DNA of 63,509 bases, the filler included, from Octopus bimaculoides (Eukaryota): assembly GCF_001194135.2 (NCBI RefSeq). It is 5 parts of 5 records of this genome, joined end to end, with 100 filler letters (N's around TTAATTAATTAA, not from the genome) between each part and the next. Parts side by side here need not be neighbours in the genome. Positions count along the whole stretch, not along the records: positions 30,252 to 59,671 come from NC_069005.1; positions 59,772 to 62,292 come from NC_068984.1; positions 62,393 to 63,509 come from NW_026317541.1; 2 more parts are not named here. One strand, given 5' to 3'. Within the stretch, counting starts at the first letter, position 1, and each line of letters begins with the position of its first letter. The position numbers were made by a program, and so were the translations under genes. The notes beneath the pieces are model-generated. The model ran no database searches. It was not told where the DNA came from and worked only from the letters and a program-made list of their open reading frames with translations. Positions 51,136 to 63,509 of this stretch are shown here, piece after piece.

Positions 51136-52359
51136 GCTGTATGCATATATGCATGCATGTATGTATGTATGTATGTATGTATACATGTACGTATGTATGT
51201 AAGCATCTACGAATGTATGTATGCATATTATATATATGTATGCAAGTAAGTGTTTTCGTTTTTCTACAACTCCCACCTCTGGAAGTAACAGTAACCCTGA
51301 GATATTTTCAGTTCTATCTTAGAATTTAACACTTAAAATTCAACGTTAAAATCTTTCCCTAACGAATATATTGGATTGTCAAATGAATTAGCTCGATTTC
51401 TTTTTTGTTTTGTCTCATTTATTTTAGTCTTCCCAATGTTATTTGAATTAACACGAAAAATTATTTTTTATTTTAAGTTTTTATGCTATTTTGTGGCTGT
51501 ATTCTTCATCTGCAACTTTTGTTCGTCGTTTTCGAAATTTGAATAAATCTTTACCTTTCTTTTCAGACATATGACGATGGAGTGCCAGGCAGAGGGGGAA
51601 AAAATAACGAATTCACCTGACAACCCATTATATACTGCAAAAGAATTCTGTATTACAGCTGCGCACATTTATACTTCACCGCCATTTTGTTTTTACATCT
51701 GTAGAATCGACATGTTGAGCACGTATTTAATCGCTATATTTATTTATTTACTTATTTAGTCCCCTTAAAAGAGAAGCGATTTAAACTTGCAAATGCCGAA
51801 TTTAATAGATTTCACATTAATACTATACTACGAAATAGCAATGAGGTTTTCTGATTCTAAGTTATATTTTTACCTTATAGCAAACACGCGCATACAGTGA
51901 TGTATGTGTGCGTATACGTGCACGTTTATGTGTTGTATCGCTGGCGTTTCCTCTCTGAATACAAGGTATGCAATGCATGATCTAGCTATATAAATGAAAG
52001 AAAAAGATTACACTTAATATGTCTTTAATGTAAGTCTTTCATTTTTTATGAAACTTTTATATTAACGTATGTACATGCTGGTTTGTTCCCAACTTCAATT
52101 ATGTAGTTTTGATTTGCAAAATTGCATGCTGGTGCTTATGTATCAGATGCGGCATTATACTCACACACGCGCACACACACGCACACAAACACACATAAAC
52201 ACATACACAAACAAATATATATATATATACATTACTTAAATATAAATATATAGAAAGAGAGATATAGATGCATATGTATATATGTATGTATATATATATA
52301 CGTGTGTGTGATTTTATGTGCATGTGTGTTTGTGTGTTTGCGTGCAGTCGCATCGCTAA

Positions 52360-52585
52360 GTAGATACGATGTAACACTCATGATCGTGAGATTGTGGTTT
52401 CGATTCTTAAGCAAAACATTTCATTTCGAGTTGGTCCAGTCCATTCGGCTGGCAACGCAAGAGAGTAATATCGGGACGGGACAGACGTCCCATCCGGTGA
52501 AGGAGTATATGCGCCATGGAAAGCAGGGAACCGGCCCTTATGACCCTGTAGCTCAGGAAGGGCCTTTGATCCTTTTCGATTCTCT
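52360..52585 (+). mobile_element. SINE family D copy
   Basis: CTCATGATCGTGAGATTGTGGTTTCGATTC..GCAAAACATTTCATTTC..GGGAACCGGCCCTTATG. Confidence 0.7.
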
Positions 52586-52659
52586 CTCACACATACACAC
52601 ACATACATATACATACTTACACACACATACACACATACATATATACACACACACATACA

Positions 52660-52693
<34 letters not shown>

Positions 52694-53583
52694 NNNNNNN
52701 NNNNNNNNNNNNNNNNNNNNNNNNNNNNNNNNNNNNNNNNNNNNNNNNNNNNNNNNNNNNNNNNNNNNNNNNNNNNNNNNNNNNNNNNNNNNNNNNNNNN
52801 NNNNNNNNNNNNNNNNNNNNNNNNNNNNNNNNNNNNNNNNNNNNNNNNNNNNNNNNNNNNNNNNNNNNNNNNNNNNNNNNNNNNNNNNNNNNNNNNNNNN
52901 NNNNNNNNNNNNNNNNNNNNNNNNNNNNNNNNNNNNNNNNNNNNNNNNNNNNNNNNNNNNNNNNNNNNNNNNNNNNNNNNNNNNNNNNNNNNNNNNNNNN
53001 NNNNNNNNNNNNNNNNNNNNNNNNNNNNNNNNNNNNNNNNNNNNNNNNNNNNNNNNNNNNNNNNNNNNNNNNNNNNNNNNNNNNNNNNNNNNNNNNNNNN
53101 NNNNNNNNNNNNNNNNNNNNNNNNNNNNNNNNNNNNNNNNNNNNNNNNNNNNNNNNNNNNNNNNNNNNNNNNNNNNNNNNNNNNNNNNNNNNNNNNNNNN
53201 NNNNNNNNNNNNNNNNNNNNNNNNNNNNNNNNNNNNNNNNNNNNNNNNNNNNNNNNNNNNNNNNNNNNNNNNNNNNNNNNNNNNNNNNNNNNNNNNNNNN
53301 NNNNNNNNNNNNNNNNNNNNNNNNNNNNNNNNNNNNNNNNNNNNNNNNNNNNNNNNNNNNNNNNNNNNNNNNNNNNNNNNNNNNNNNNNNNNNNNNNNNN
53401 NNNNNNNNNNNNNNNNNNNNNNNNNNNNNNNNNNNNNNNNNNNNNNNNNNNNNNNNNNNNNNNNNNNNNNNNNNNNNNNNNNNNNNNNNNNNNNNNNNNN
53501 NNNNNNNNNNNNNNNNNNNNNNNNNNNNNNNNNNNNNNNNNNNNNNNNNNNNNNNNNNNNNNNNNNNNNNNNNNNNNNNNNNN

Positions 53584-53619
<36 letters not shown>

Positions 53620-53622
<3 letters not shown>

Positions 53623-53870
53623 ATTTTGGTACAGGACGTGGCCAAAGGTGAAAATAATATGAAATACATAAACAACGAGAAAAAATGAAAAACAGGACCA
53701 GTTAACACAGAAAAATGACCCTTCATCGGTTGTCGGCTGTCTATCTACTCCTTGTTTCGAGCATTCAATGACAATATAAATCTTCAAAGTCAGATGCTCC
53801 CATAAATTCTAAAATAAAATTTAGGATTTATGGAGGGATCAAATTTGGGAAGAAAAAGAATGACAGTGGA
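53620..53870 (-). mobile_element. Probable Penelope-type terminal repeat fragment
   Basis: Adjacent to (TA)n; the minus strand has a degenerate TTGAAGA...GAAAC block. Family assignment is from recall only. Confidence 0.35.
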
Positions 53871-54437
53871 GACTTACAAGGAAACCAAACGTGTGTGTAT
53901 GTGTATGAAGGATGGAAGAGAGTAAGGGACACGTGAGTTTTAAAAAATAGCGAGTTTAATACGACACGAAAAATGACGAAAAGAAACGAAACCAAACTCC
54001 AAGGGATAGTGAACAAAAACAATAACTGGAAGAAGACAAAACAGAACACCGAAAGAAAGTTCAAAGAATTACAGGAACGAGATCAGTACTCCGATTATAT
54101 GCATATGTGCGCGCGTGTGTGTGTATATAATCGTCAGATTATATAAACATTACATTTTGTCTCTTAGGTTTTATGAACTTTTCTTTCCAATTAAGAATTT
54201 CTATATTTTAACGATATATAAACAATATATATCAGTGTGTTTATATACTTATGTATATATATATATATACATGCATGCATATACTATGCACATATGCATT
54301 TATATATATTGAGAGAGATTTATGTATACATGTATGCATGTCTGTATGTATATAAGGGTATATACATATATATACATGTATTTATACACATATATATATA
54401 TACATACATGTATATACATATGTAAATATGTATGTGT

Positions 54438-54473
<36 letters not shown>

Positions 54474-55147
54474 GATAGTGTGTAGCCATGTAGGTATATT
54501 TATATGTACGGTAATCGAGAATATATAAATATTCATACATACGTACAAACACACAAATATATGTATATATGTGTATATATATTATATACATATTATCTAT
54601 ATGATATACACATGTTTGTACGTGCGTGCGTGTGTATATGTGTGTGTGTGCACATGACTGTGTGTTTCCGTTTGTGCGTGTGTGTTTTCGTGTGTGTTTG
54701 TGTGTGTCTGTAAACTTGGCACTTACGCAATTATTTTTAACTTACAACTGCAAGAAAATATTGTATAAAATATATTATCTTAATGTAAATTTTAGACATT
54801 TTGAATATATAACGAAAATTATTTTAATTTCTATTATTTCTGTCTGTACAGAAATAATATTCTGTACAGACAGAATATAAAATAACTGCGTCAAGGAATT
54901 TATTTCCAATTTCTTTGCAATAATCTCTTTGACTTTGAAGAATTTCAAAAATCAAGCATAGTTTGTTTGTAAAACCTGACTTTTTTTCTTTTTTCGCTTT
55001 CTTTCGTCGATGTTTAGTTCCAACCAATTTATAGATATTCTTTAAAAAATTTACGTAAGATTTACTGTTTCATTGTCCTCTGTATTTCATGTGAGAGAGA
55101 GAGAGAGATGTTTGTGTAGTGCTTGTGTTTATGCATGCATATCATAT

Positions 55148-55194
<47 letters not shown>

Positions 55195-55197
<3 letters not shown>

Positions 55198-55340
55198 AGG
55201 TGCGTGACTTAGTGATTAAGGTATTGGACTCATGATAGTAAGATTCCGGTTTCGATTCCTGGACCGGTCGACGCGTTATCTTCTTGAGCAAAACACTTCA
55301 TTTCACGTTGCTCCGGTCCACCCACCAGGCAGAAATGACC
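55195..55340 (+). mobile_element. SINE family D, 5' part
   Basis: GGAGGTGCGTGACTTAGTGATTAAGG..GGTTTCGATTCCTGGACCGG..TTCTTGAGCAAAACACTTCATTTCACGTTGCTCC. Confidence 0.8.
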
Positions 55341-56327
55341 AACAATACAACAAACCAACACACACCAAATACAAATAGACTGTACATATATACACTTTTA
55401 CAATGTTCCCTGTTTTTGTTAACAACGGTAGTGTATAGTTTGAAAGAGATTTGTCAGTCGTTTTTTAACAAGTCGTTTGACTATGTGAGATCACACAGGT
55501 TGGCTCAAGTTTATGGTTGTTGCTGTTGTTCCTAGACTTGATTTCTGGATAGTAGAAACCTGTGATTGGTCCCTCAAGGCCATTCTCACAGCGAATCGCA
55601 GCCTCTTCAGAGAAAGAGAGAGCCTCATTTCAATACGTTGTGCATCATTCAATATATGCTTATTACCTGAAATATCTGAGAGAAGTTTTTGCCAATGTCA
55701 TTTACGATGGTTTTGGAGTGGTTTAATAGGCAATGAATATAGTTGAGACTTTGGTATGATTTGCAATAAAGATTAATTTAGAGGATTATTTATATTTCGA
55801 GCAAAGTTCAACAGCCATATTAAGGTATATGAATAATTTCACTAAATTAATATATTTATCGATTCCCTGAATTGAATAAAGTGCTGAGCTATTCACCATG
55901 GAATTTGAACTCGGAACGCAGTGTACTGGAAGAATATAGTATAGTACGTTAACCACCGCTCTAACGAATCTGCCAAGTGTCCACAGTGCAACAAGTTAAT
56001 AGAGCTGATAACTGTATTGATTAAAAGCGTCACTAGCTATCTCAATAATATTTAAATACCGGCATCTATTCAACTACAATATTACAGTTTACATAATTAA
56101 TCTCGATAACAATTAGCCACTGGTCGAAAAAACACCTAATTGGATTATAATTAGATTACACTTTTTTCATTTTAATACGTAATTAAATTCAAACATTTAT
56201 TTTCTAAATAGTGAAAATAATTATTTAAAAAAAAATTAAATCCGCTATAGCAATTAAAATTTAACTAGTTACATTTTTTAATATTTTCTTATGTTTTTGT
56301 TTATTTAATGTTATGCCATTATCATCA

Positions 56328-56367
<40 letters not shown>

Positions 56368-57462
56368 ACTCATTATGATTATCATCATCATCATTACTAA
56401 CAACGTTCGCATTTTTGCAAAACTAAATACTGTATACATATGCAAGTGTGAACGTATATATACACACACACACACGCACACACACAAATACACACACACA
56501 CACATGTATACACACACACATATATATATATATATATANNNNNNNNNNNNNNNNNNNNNNNNNNNNNNNNNNNNNNNNNNNNNNNNNNNNNNNNNNNNNN
56601 NNNNNNNNNNNNNNNNNNNNNNNNNNNNNNNNNNNNNNNNNNNNNNNNNNNNNNNNNNNNNNNNNNNNNNNNNNNNNNNNNNNNNNNNNNNNNNNNNNNN
56701 NNNNNNNNNNNNNNNNNNNNNNNNNNNNNNNNNNNNNNNNNNNNNNNNNNNNNNNNNNNNNNNNNNNNNNNNNNNNNNNNNNNNNNNNNNNNNNNNNNNN
56801 NNNNNNNNNNNNNNNNNNNNNNNNNNNNNNNNNNNNNNNNNNNNNNNNNNNNNNNNNNNNNNNNNNNNNNNNNNNNNNNNNNNNNNNNNNNNNNNNNNNN
56901 NNNNNNNNNNNNNNNNNNNNNNNNNNNNNNNNNNNNNNNNNNNNNNNNNNNNNNNNNNNNNNNNNNNNNNNNNNNNNNNNNNNNNNNNNNNNNNNNNNNN
57001 NNNNNNNNNNNNNNNNNNNNNNNNNNNNNNNNNNNNNNNNNNNNNNNNNNNNNNNNNNNNNNNNNNNNNNNNNNNNNNNNNNNNNNNNNNNNNNNNNNNN
57101 NNNNNNNNNNNNNNNNNNNNNNNNNNNNNNNNNNNNNNNNNNNNNNNNNNNNNNNNNNNNNNNNNNNNNNNNNNNNNNNNNNNNNNNNNNNNNNNNNNNN
57201 NNNNNNNNNNNNNNNNNNNNNNNNNNNNNNNNNNNNNNNNNNNNNNNNNNNNNNNNNNNNNNNNNNNNNNNNNNNNNNNNNNNNNNNNNNNNNNNNNNNN
57301 NNNNNNNNNNNNNNNNNNNNNNNNNNNNNNNNNNNNNNNNNNNNNNNNNNNNNNNNNNNNNNNNNNNNNNNNNNNNNNNNNNNNNNNNNNNNNNNNNNNN
57401 NNNNNNNNNNNNNNNNNNNNNNNNNNNNNNNNNNNNNNNNNNNNNNNNNNNNNNNNNNNNNN

Positions 57463-57790
57463 CAAGAAGCCCCTTCTTAATTTACAGCCAATGGAGCCCA
57501 CGGGGAGGGATTCTAATGTTTCAAATAAAACTTTATTAATTCGCCTATGTTCCCCAATAATCTCTGCTGAGCTAACCTATTTTGTTATCCTTATGATAAA
57601 GATAATTTTCGAACACCTTGTATCAACATGGGGAAAAAAGGACTCAGTGGATAACACAGTCAGCGATTTAGTACCGGAATATAAGTTGTGAAGGTCATAC
57701 TGCAGTAATTTCTTCATATGTGCTGGATCAAGTCTAACTTGAAGTAAAACAACAACAAAAGCACTCGCGTATTGGATCAATAAGTTTTGG
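57463..57790 (+). pseudogene. L1/Tx1-like reverse-transcriptase fragment
   Basis: PLLNLQPMEP...PIISAELTYFV...Y...CAGSSL, aligning by eye to PLLF..A.EP...YADD.T.F...GSKLN..K, with the YADD motif destroyed. Confidence 0.45.
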
Positions 57791-58748
57791 GATAAAGCGG
57801 TATTTAGCTTAGTTGATTCTCTACGAAACTGACATAAAGGAATTGTAATGCTAAATAATAATCTATGTCAGTTGTATTGGAAATTCTGACTATTTTCAAG
57901 ACCTTTCTGGTGTTTGTCAAAACAAGGTATTACAGTGATAGACAGATAGTTATATACATGCATGTATACGCACTTACATGCGTGCATACATATAGTTATG
58001 TATATAGGGACATATAAATATATGTATATATATATATATATAAGTAGGTATATATGTATGTATATATGTATGTATCTGTATATATGTATGTGTGTATATA
58101 TNNNNNNNNNNNNNNNNNNNNNNNNNNNNNNNNNNNNNNNNNNNNNNNNNNNNNNNNNNNNNNNNNNNNNNNNNNNNNNNNNNNNNNNNNNNNNNNNNNN
58201 NNNNNNNNNNNNNNNNNNNNNNNNNNNNNNNNNNNNNNNNNNNNNNNNNNNNNNNNNNNNNNNNNNNNNNNNNNNNNNNNNNNNNNNNNNNNNNNNNNNN
58301 NNNNNNNNNNNNNNNNNNNNNNNNNNNNNNNNNNNNNNNNNNNNNNNNNNNNNNNNNNNNNNNNNNNNNNNNNNNNNNNNNNNNNNNNNNNNNNNNNNNN
58401 NNNNNNNNNNNNNNNNNNNNNNNNNNNNNNNNNNNNNNNNNNNNNNNNNNNNNNNNNNNNNNNNNNNNNNNNNNNNNNNNNNNNNNNNNNNNNNNNNNNN
58501 NNNNNNNNNNNNNNNNNNNNNNNNNNNNNNNNNNNNNNNNNNNNNNNNNNNNNNNNNNNNNNNNNNNNNNNNNNNNNNNNNNNNNNNNNNNNNNNNNNNN
58601 NNNNNNNNNNNNNNNNNNNNNNNNNNNNNNNNNNNNNNNNNNNNNNNNNNNNNNNNNNNNNNNNNNNNNNNNNNNNNNNNNNNNNNNNNNNNNNNNNNNN
58701 NNNNNNNNNNNNNNNNNNNNNNNNNNNNNNNNNNNNNNNNNNNNNNNN

Positions 58749-58779
<31 letters not shown>

Positions 58780-59671
58780 ATATATATATTATATGTATAT
58801 ATATATTATATCTATAGATAGATAGATACATGTAAATACATATATCCATATAAGTACATAAATATATGTAAATACGCACACACTCATACTGACATGTATG
58901 TACAATAATATGCATTTCCATGTAAGTGCGACCATGTATGCACTAGTGTGTGTTTGTATATATATATATGTGTGTGTGTATGTAGGTATAAATATATACA
59001 TATATATATATACATATATATAAATATATATATTTATATATGAAATTATGCATACGTAAGTGTACATATATATTACATATTTGTACATATATATGCATAT
59101 ATATACATATATATATACAAATGCATATGTGTGTTTGTCTGTGTGTGTATGTAAATAGATAGATGTAAATCCATATATATACCCGCATACATATGTGCAC
59201 ACTTGATATCTACATGCCCGTTCATACATACACCCTTACAAAGATGTATGTACTTATGGCAAGCAATAATCTCCAACAGGCACACACATACACATGCGCA
59301 CATACACTCACAGACGCACACACACACATACACATAAACACACCCTTTCAAACACCCATACACATACGAACTCGATTTGAGAAGGAAGGGCAAGTTCCAA
59401 GTTCTGTAAACAAAAATGTTGAAGAATTCCCATGTTTCCATTATTACATTTACCAAAGTTTCCAGCAGAATAGCAAAGTTCCCCTGAGTGATAACCTTAT
59501 GGGAAAAATTCATCATGGATGGCACCGAGGAACAGGAAGATGAAGAAGAAGAAGAAGAAGAAGAAGAAGAAGAAGAAGAAGAAGAAGAAGAAGAAGGAGA
59601 AGAAGAAGGAGAACAAGAAGAAGAACAAGAAGAAAAAGAACAAGAAGAACAAGAAGAAGAACAAGAAGATG

Positions 59672-59771
59672 NNNNNNNNNNNNNNNNNNNNNNNNNNNNN
59701 NNNNNNNNNNNNNNNTTAATTAATTAANNNNNNNNNNNNNNNNNNNNNNNNNNNNNNNNNNNNNNNNNNNN
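59672..59771. other. Assembly gap with artificial linker
   Basis: 44N-TTAATTAATTAA-44N. Confidence 0.95.
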
Positions 59772-59919
59772 TGATATTGGCGACGTCGGTGGCGAATCTT
59801 GTAGTTCGTAGTGTCGTGTTGACTGGCGGCGATGATGCTGGTAGTAGTCGTAGAGTTGTGTTGATGTAGTCGCTGGAACTGCTGCTGCTGATCTGTGTGG
59901 TACACGGAACAGTCTCTAA

Positions 59920-60150
59920 GAGAACTGAACCGAGACGAATTTTGCCGCTGAATTTAGGCTATTTATAGTTGATGGTAGGCTCCCAAAGGCATCAGAAAAA
60001 TACTCTATCACGTGACCTTATTAGGGGCCACGGTTGGTCAGTTTGCGTTCTGGCGGGAACGGTACGAAGCAGTTGCCGCTTCAAATAATAATCAGTCACG
60101 TGATGACAGGGAAATATGTTTTCTACTACGCCCGCGCTTGTTTATATATG
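59920..60150 (-). promoter_or_regulatory. Candidate Pol II core promoter: TATA box plus two E-boxes in a CpG-rich patch
   Basis: Minus-strand TATAAATA at 59967-59960; ATCACGTGAC at 60007-60016 and GTCACGTGAT at 60095-60104; Inr-like TTCAGTT at 59929-59923. Confidence 0.55.
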
Positions 60151-60317
60151 AAGGTGAGAAGATAGTTTGTTTGTATATAATGGCGATAGGTAGTTTCACT
60201 ACAATAATATACATACGGAGCGAGAAACAGGGAGTACATAGATATGTATATGTACGTTTCCAAACACGCCCGTGGTATATATATATGTGTGTGTGTGTAT
60301 ATTCGTATGTGACAACA

Positions 60318-60455
60318 GATGGTGTTGTGTTTACGTCCCCGTAACTTAGCTGTTCGGCAAAAGAGACCGATAGAATAAGTACTAGGATTACAAAGAATAA
60401 GTCCTGCAGTCGATTTGCTCGACTAATTGCAGTGCTCCAGCATGGCCGCAGTTAT
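60318..60455 (+). mobile_element. SINE family A, 3' half
   Basis: GTTTACGTCCCCGTAACTTAGC..GAATAAGTACTAGG..GTGCTCCAGCATGGCCGCAG. Confidence 0.8.
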
Positions 60456-61048
60456 GAAAGAATATATAAATATATATACACACACACACACACAAGCATA
60501 TTTATATGTATGCATGCATGTATATACACACATACATATATATATANNNNNNNNNNNNNNNNNNNNNNNNNNNNNNNNNNNNNNNNNNNNNNNNNNNNNN
60601 NNNNNNNNNNNNNNNNNNNNNNNNNNNNNNNNNNNNNNNNNNNNNNNNNNNNNNNNNNNNNNNNNNNNNNNNNNNNNNNNNNNNNNNNNNNNNNNNNNNN
60701 NNNNNNNNNNNNNNNNNNNNNNNNNNNNNNNNNNNNNNNNNNNNNNNNNNNNNNNNNNNNNNNNNNNNNNNNNNNNNNNNNNNNNNNNNNNNNNNNNNNN
60801 NNNNNNNNNNNNNNNNNNNNNNNNNNNNNNNNNNNNNNNNNNNNNNNNNNNNNNNNNNNNNNNNNNNNNNNNNNNNNNNNNNNNNNNNNNNNNNNNNNNN
60901 NNNNNNNNNNNNNNNNNNNNNNNNNNNNNNNNNNNNNNNNNNNNNNNNNNNNNNNNNNNNNNNNNNNNNNNNNNNNNNNNNNTATATATACATATATATA
61001 TATATGTTTGTATGTATGCATGTGTGTATATATATGCTTGTGCGTATG

Positions 61049-61118
<70 letters not shown>

Positions 61119-62247
61119 CGCATATTCGTTTGCACGTGTACGTGCGTAAGCATGTGCTTGCACGTGTTCGTTTGTCTCTACGTTTAATTATCGTTTCCAC
61201 CCTCACTCCATTCGAATAATGGCCGTGAACCAACAATCCAATGACCGAATGAATGACTGAACGGTCAACATGTTTGAGGAGCCAAAACATTTACATCCCT
61301 CGAACACCCAAACCCTGAATCCTGAATCCGCCCCCACTTTGTCGCAACTCACCACGTCCCCTTTCCTGTCACTGAGAATTTATTTTTCAGGTTCAGCGTT
61401 AACAAAGAAAAAAAACAAAAAAAACATCTTGGCCTTTCAATCACAAATTTGAAATTCGTAGCCTTTCAGGTAGAGACAAAGATTTACTACATACCACCTA
61501 CCCCACTTTTATTTTTTTTACTTATAGAGGCTTTTCTCGCTTTGTGATTTTCAATTGTCTGTGTGATGTGTCGGTATCACAAAGCTGTCAACCAAAGTCT
61601 TTCCCTTTTGTCTGCGTGTGTGTATTGACCAAGCTGAATTTCGGCCATTAACAATACAATTGTGATAACATCTCTGTGTTGTTATTTAAGGGGGGAAAGA
61701 TGTGAAGAAAAGCAAAAACGATGAAAATATATATTAAAAAAAAAATTAATAAAATAAAGATAAAGAACAAAATGAAAGAGAGATGGAGTTTGAAACGTGT
61801 AGCTGTTGGCTTAAGTTTGTGTTTGAGGTATTGTATTGTAATGTACAATAGGGTTGGCCTATGGCTAGTTCGGTTTCATCTTCTTTGACAAGTCTGCTCT
61901 AGTCTGGTGTGATGAGGGATGATTGAAATGATGTCGATGATGGTGGTGCTGATATTTATTTTTGTTATTACTACTGTTATTGTTAGCGGTGGTAGTAACA
62001 GTGACAGCGGTTATAGATATTGCTCTTAGCATGTGCTGTATCGCTGTTTGGGTATAGTAATTGTTGTGGTTCTAATTTCATACACAGGTCAGGTTTCATT
62101 GCGAAGACCCACGATCAAAGCATTTCAGTCGTGACCATCTCAACTTTTTCGCATGTGTGTATGTGCGTGTATGTGTGTGTGGGTGTGTATGTGTGCGCGC
62201 GTTCGTTGTGTGTTTGTATATATATATATATATACACACACACACAA

Positions 62248-62292
<45 letters not shown>

Positions 62293-62392
62293 NNNNNNNN
62301 NNNNNNNNNNNNNNNNNNNNNNNNNNNNNNNNNNNNTTAATTAATTAANNNNNNNNNNNNNNNNNNNNNNNNNNNNNNNNNNNNNNNNNNNN
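62293..62392. other. Assembly gap with artificial linker
   Basis: 44N-TTAATTAATTAA-44N. Confidence 0.95.
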
Positions 62393-63014
62393 ATATATGT
62401 ATGTATATGTATATGTATTGAATTTCGTCAAACCAGACATTAGGAGTTCGAATACGAACGAGGACGATTTTGCATTTGAACTTTTCGGGGTTGATACATA
62501 GATAAATAAGTACCACTTGCATATTGGGGGTCAATATAATAGTCTATACACTTCCCTATACATACATATATATATATAGATATATATGTGTGTGTGTGTG
62601 TGTGTTATTGCTATAATTATTTCATTAGTAGTCTTGTAGTATAAGCATAATGCATTTAGATTGCAAAGATTTCCGGAGTTGGGAATGATACAACATATTA
62701 CGCAATCTAATCCTATTATGTTTTTGTCACAAAAAAGATTCTAATGAAACAATTGTAATAACACCAGATAGCGAATTCGTCTGTTTTTATTGTTTTCACA
62801 CCACTCTTAATTTTTAATCCCTTGTTGGGAAATTTAGGATAGTCTGAATATTTTTAGATATAGTCGGAATTCTAAATTACCATACGACAGTGATCTTCCT
62901 TCATCGATGTCTTCCGTGTGCTGGTCACTGTATATATTGCATCGTTCTGTATAACGAAATTGTGGAGCGTTTCATTTTGATATACATTTATTTATGTATG
63001 CTTTCATTGGTACA

Positions 63015-63509
63015 CGAGCTAAGCCCGGTTTCATTCGGTCAGAGACCGACGCGAAGAGAGAAACGAAGACATAAAAAAGAGGAAGAAGTGGTTTTTGGGC
63101 GATGGATCTTGGTAGAAAAAAAAGAATGTCATGGTGAGTTAGTAAAGAGAGCAAAGCAAGACTGGACTTACGTTGGCTGGCAGGACGATGAAAAAATTGC
63201 GGAGTTGAAATTGGAGCAGTTGAAGTTGCCGTTGTTATCATTGGAGTGCCTCTTGGTAGACAACATTCTTTGTCCTTCCCTCGGGTGCACAAATAGAAAG
63301 ACCATGGGGACAGCCAGCGTACAGTTGTGCGTGTGAGAATACTTGCTCTGTCAGATTCAAACCAACCGCTTGCACTGATTGTCCCTGCGCCTTGTTGACT
63401 GTCATGGGAAAGCAGATACATGGGAAGTTGTATTAAATTTTTCATCAACACAGGGGAGTCGAAATAAATTTTTTCAATGTCCAAGGGAAGCCAAATCGCG
63501 AAAAAGGTT
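63015..63509 (-). mobile_element. Helitron 3' end: PIF1-like helicase C-terminus and degenerate terminus
   Basis: Frameshifted FPMTVNKAQGQSVQAVGLNLTEQVFSHAQLYAGC..APEGRTKNVVYQEALQ* (stop 63240-63238); downstream hairpin TCGGTC/GACCGA and CTCG|T in place of the canonical CTAG|T. Confidence 0.85.

Noticed and set aside
53715-53800. Minus-strand TTGAAGA...GAAAC and CCGATGA motifs
   Set aside because: No UH cleavage site at the right position and stem II does not pair in type I or type II topology.
59488-59671. Glu-rich ORF MDGTEEQEDEEEE
   Set aside because: Translation of a (GAA)n microsatellite running into a gap.

Overview
AT-rich, microsatellite-dense eukaryotic DNA, inferred to be octopus/cephalopod from repeat families I recognise from memory (no database search). 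It has many N gaps, four of which contain an artificial 44N-TTAATTAATTAA-44N linker, so contiguity across them is not guaranteed. No intact, identifiable host protein-coding gene is visible; most long ORFs in the track are microsatellite or N artefacts. Supported content is almost all transposon debris: (i) at least eight 5'-truncated R4/Dong-like non-LTR fragments (restriction-like endonuclease C-termini) abutting microsatellites; (ii) several tRNA-derived SINE families; (iii) RTE and L1/Tx1-like LINE fragments; (iv) two mariner families, a TA-flanked MITE, a Helitron 3' end and a Penelope GIY-YIG fragment. The most notable signal is three independent type I hammerhead-ribozyme folds with palindromic stem III (82-126, 42265-42300, 47311-47364). 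Two carry compensatory swaps of the catalytic C3-G8 pair (U3-A8 and G3-C8). The first sits in a ~270-nt almost fully base-paired retrozyme-like unit. Candidate promoters lie near 32.2 kb (NRF1-like motifs) and 59.9-60.1 kb (TATA plus two E-boxes, minus strand).
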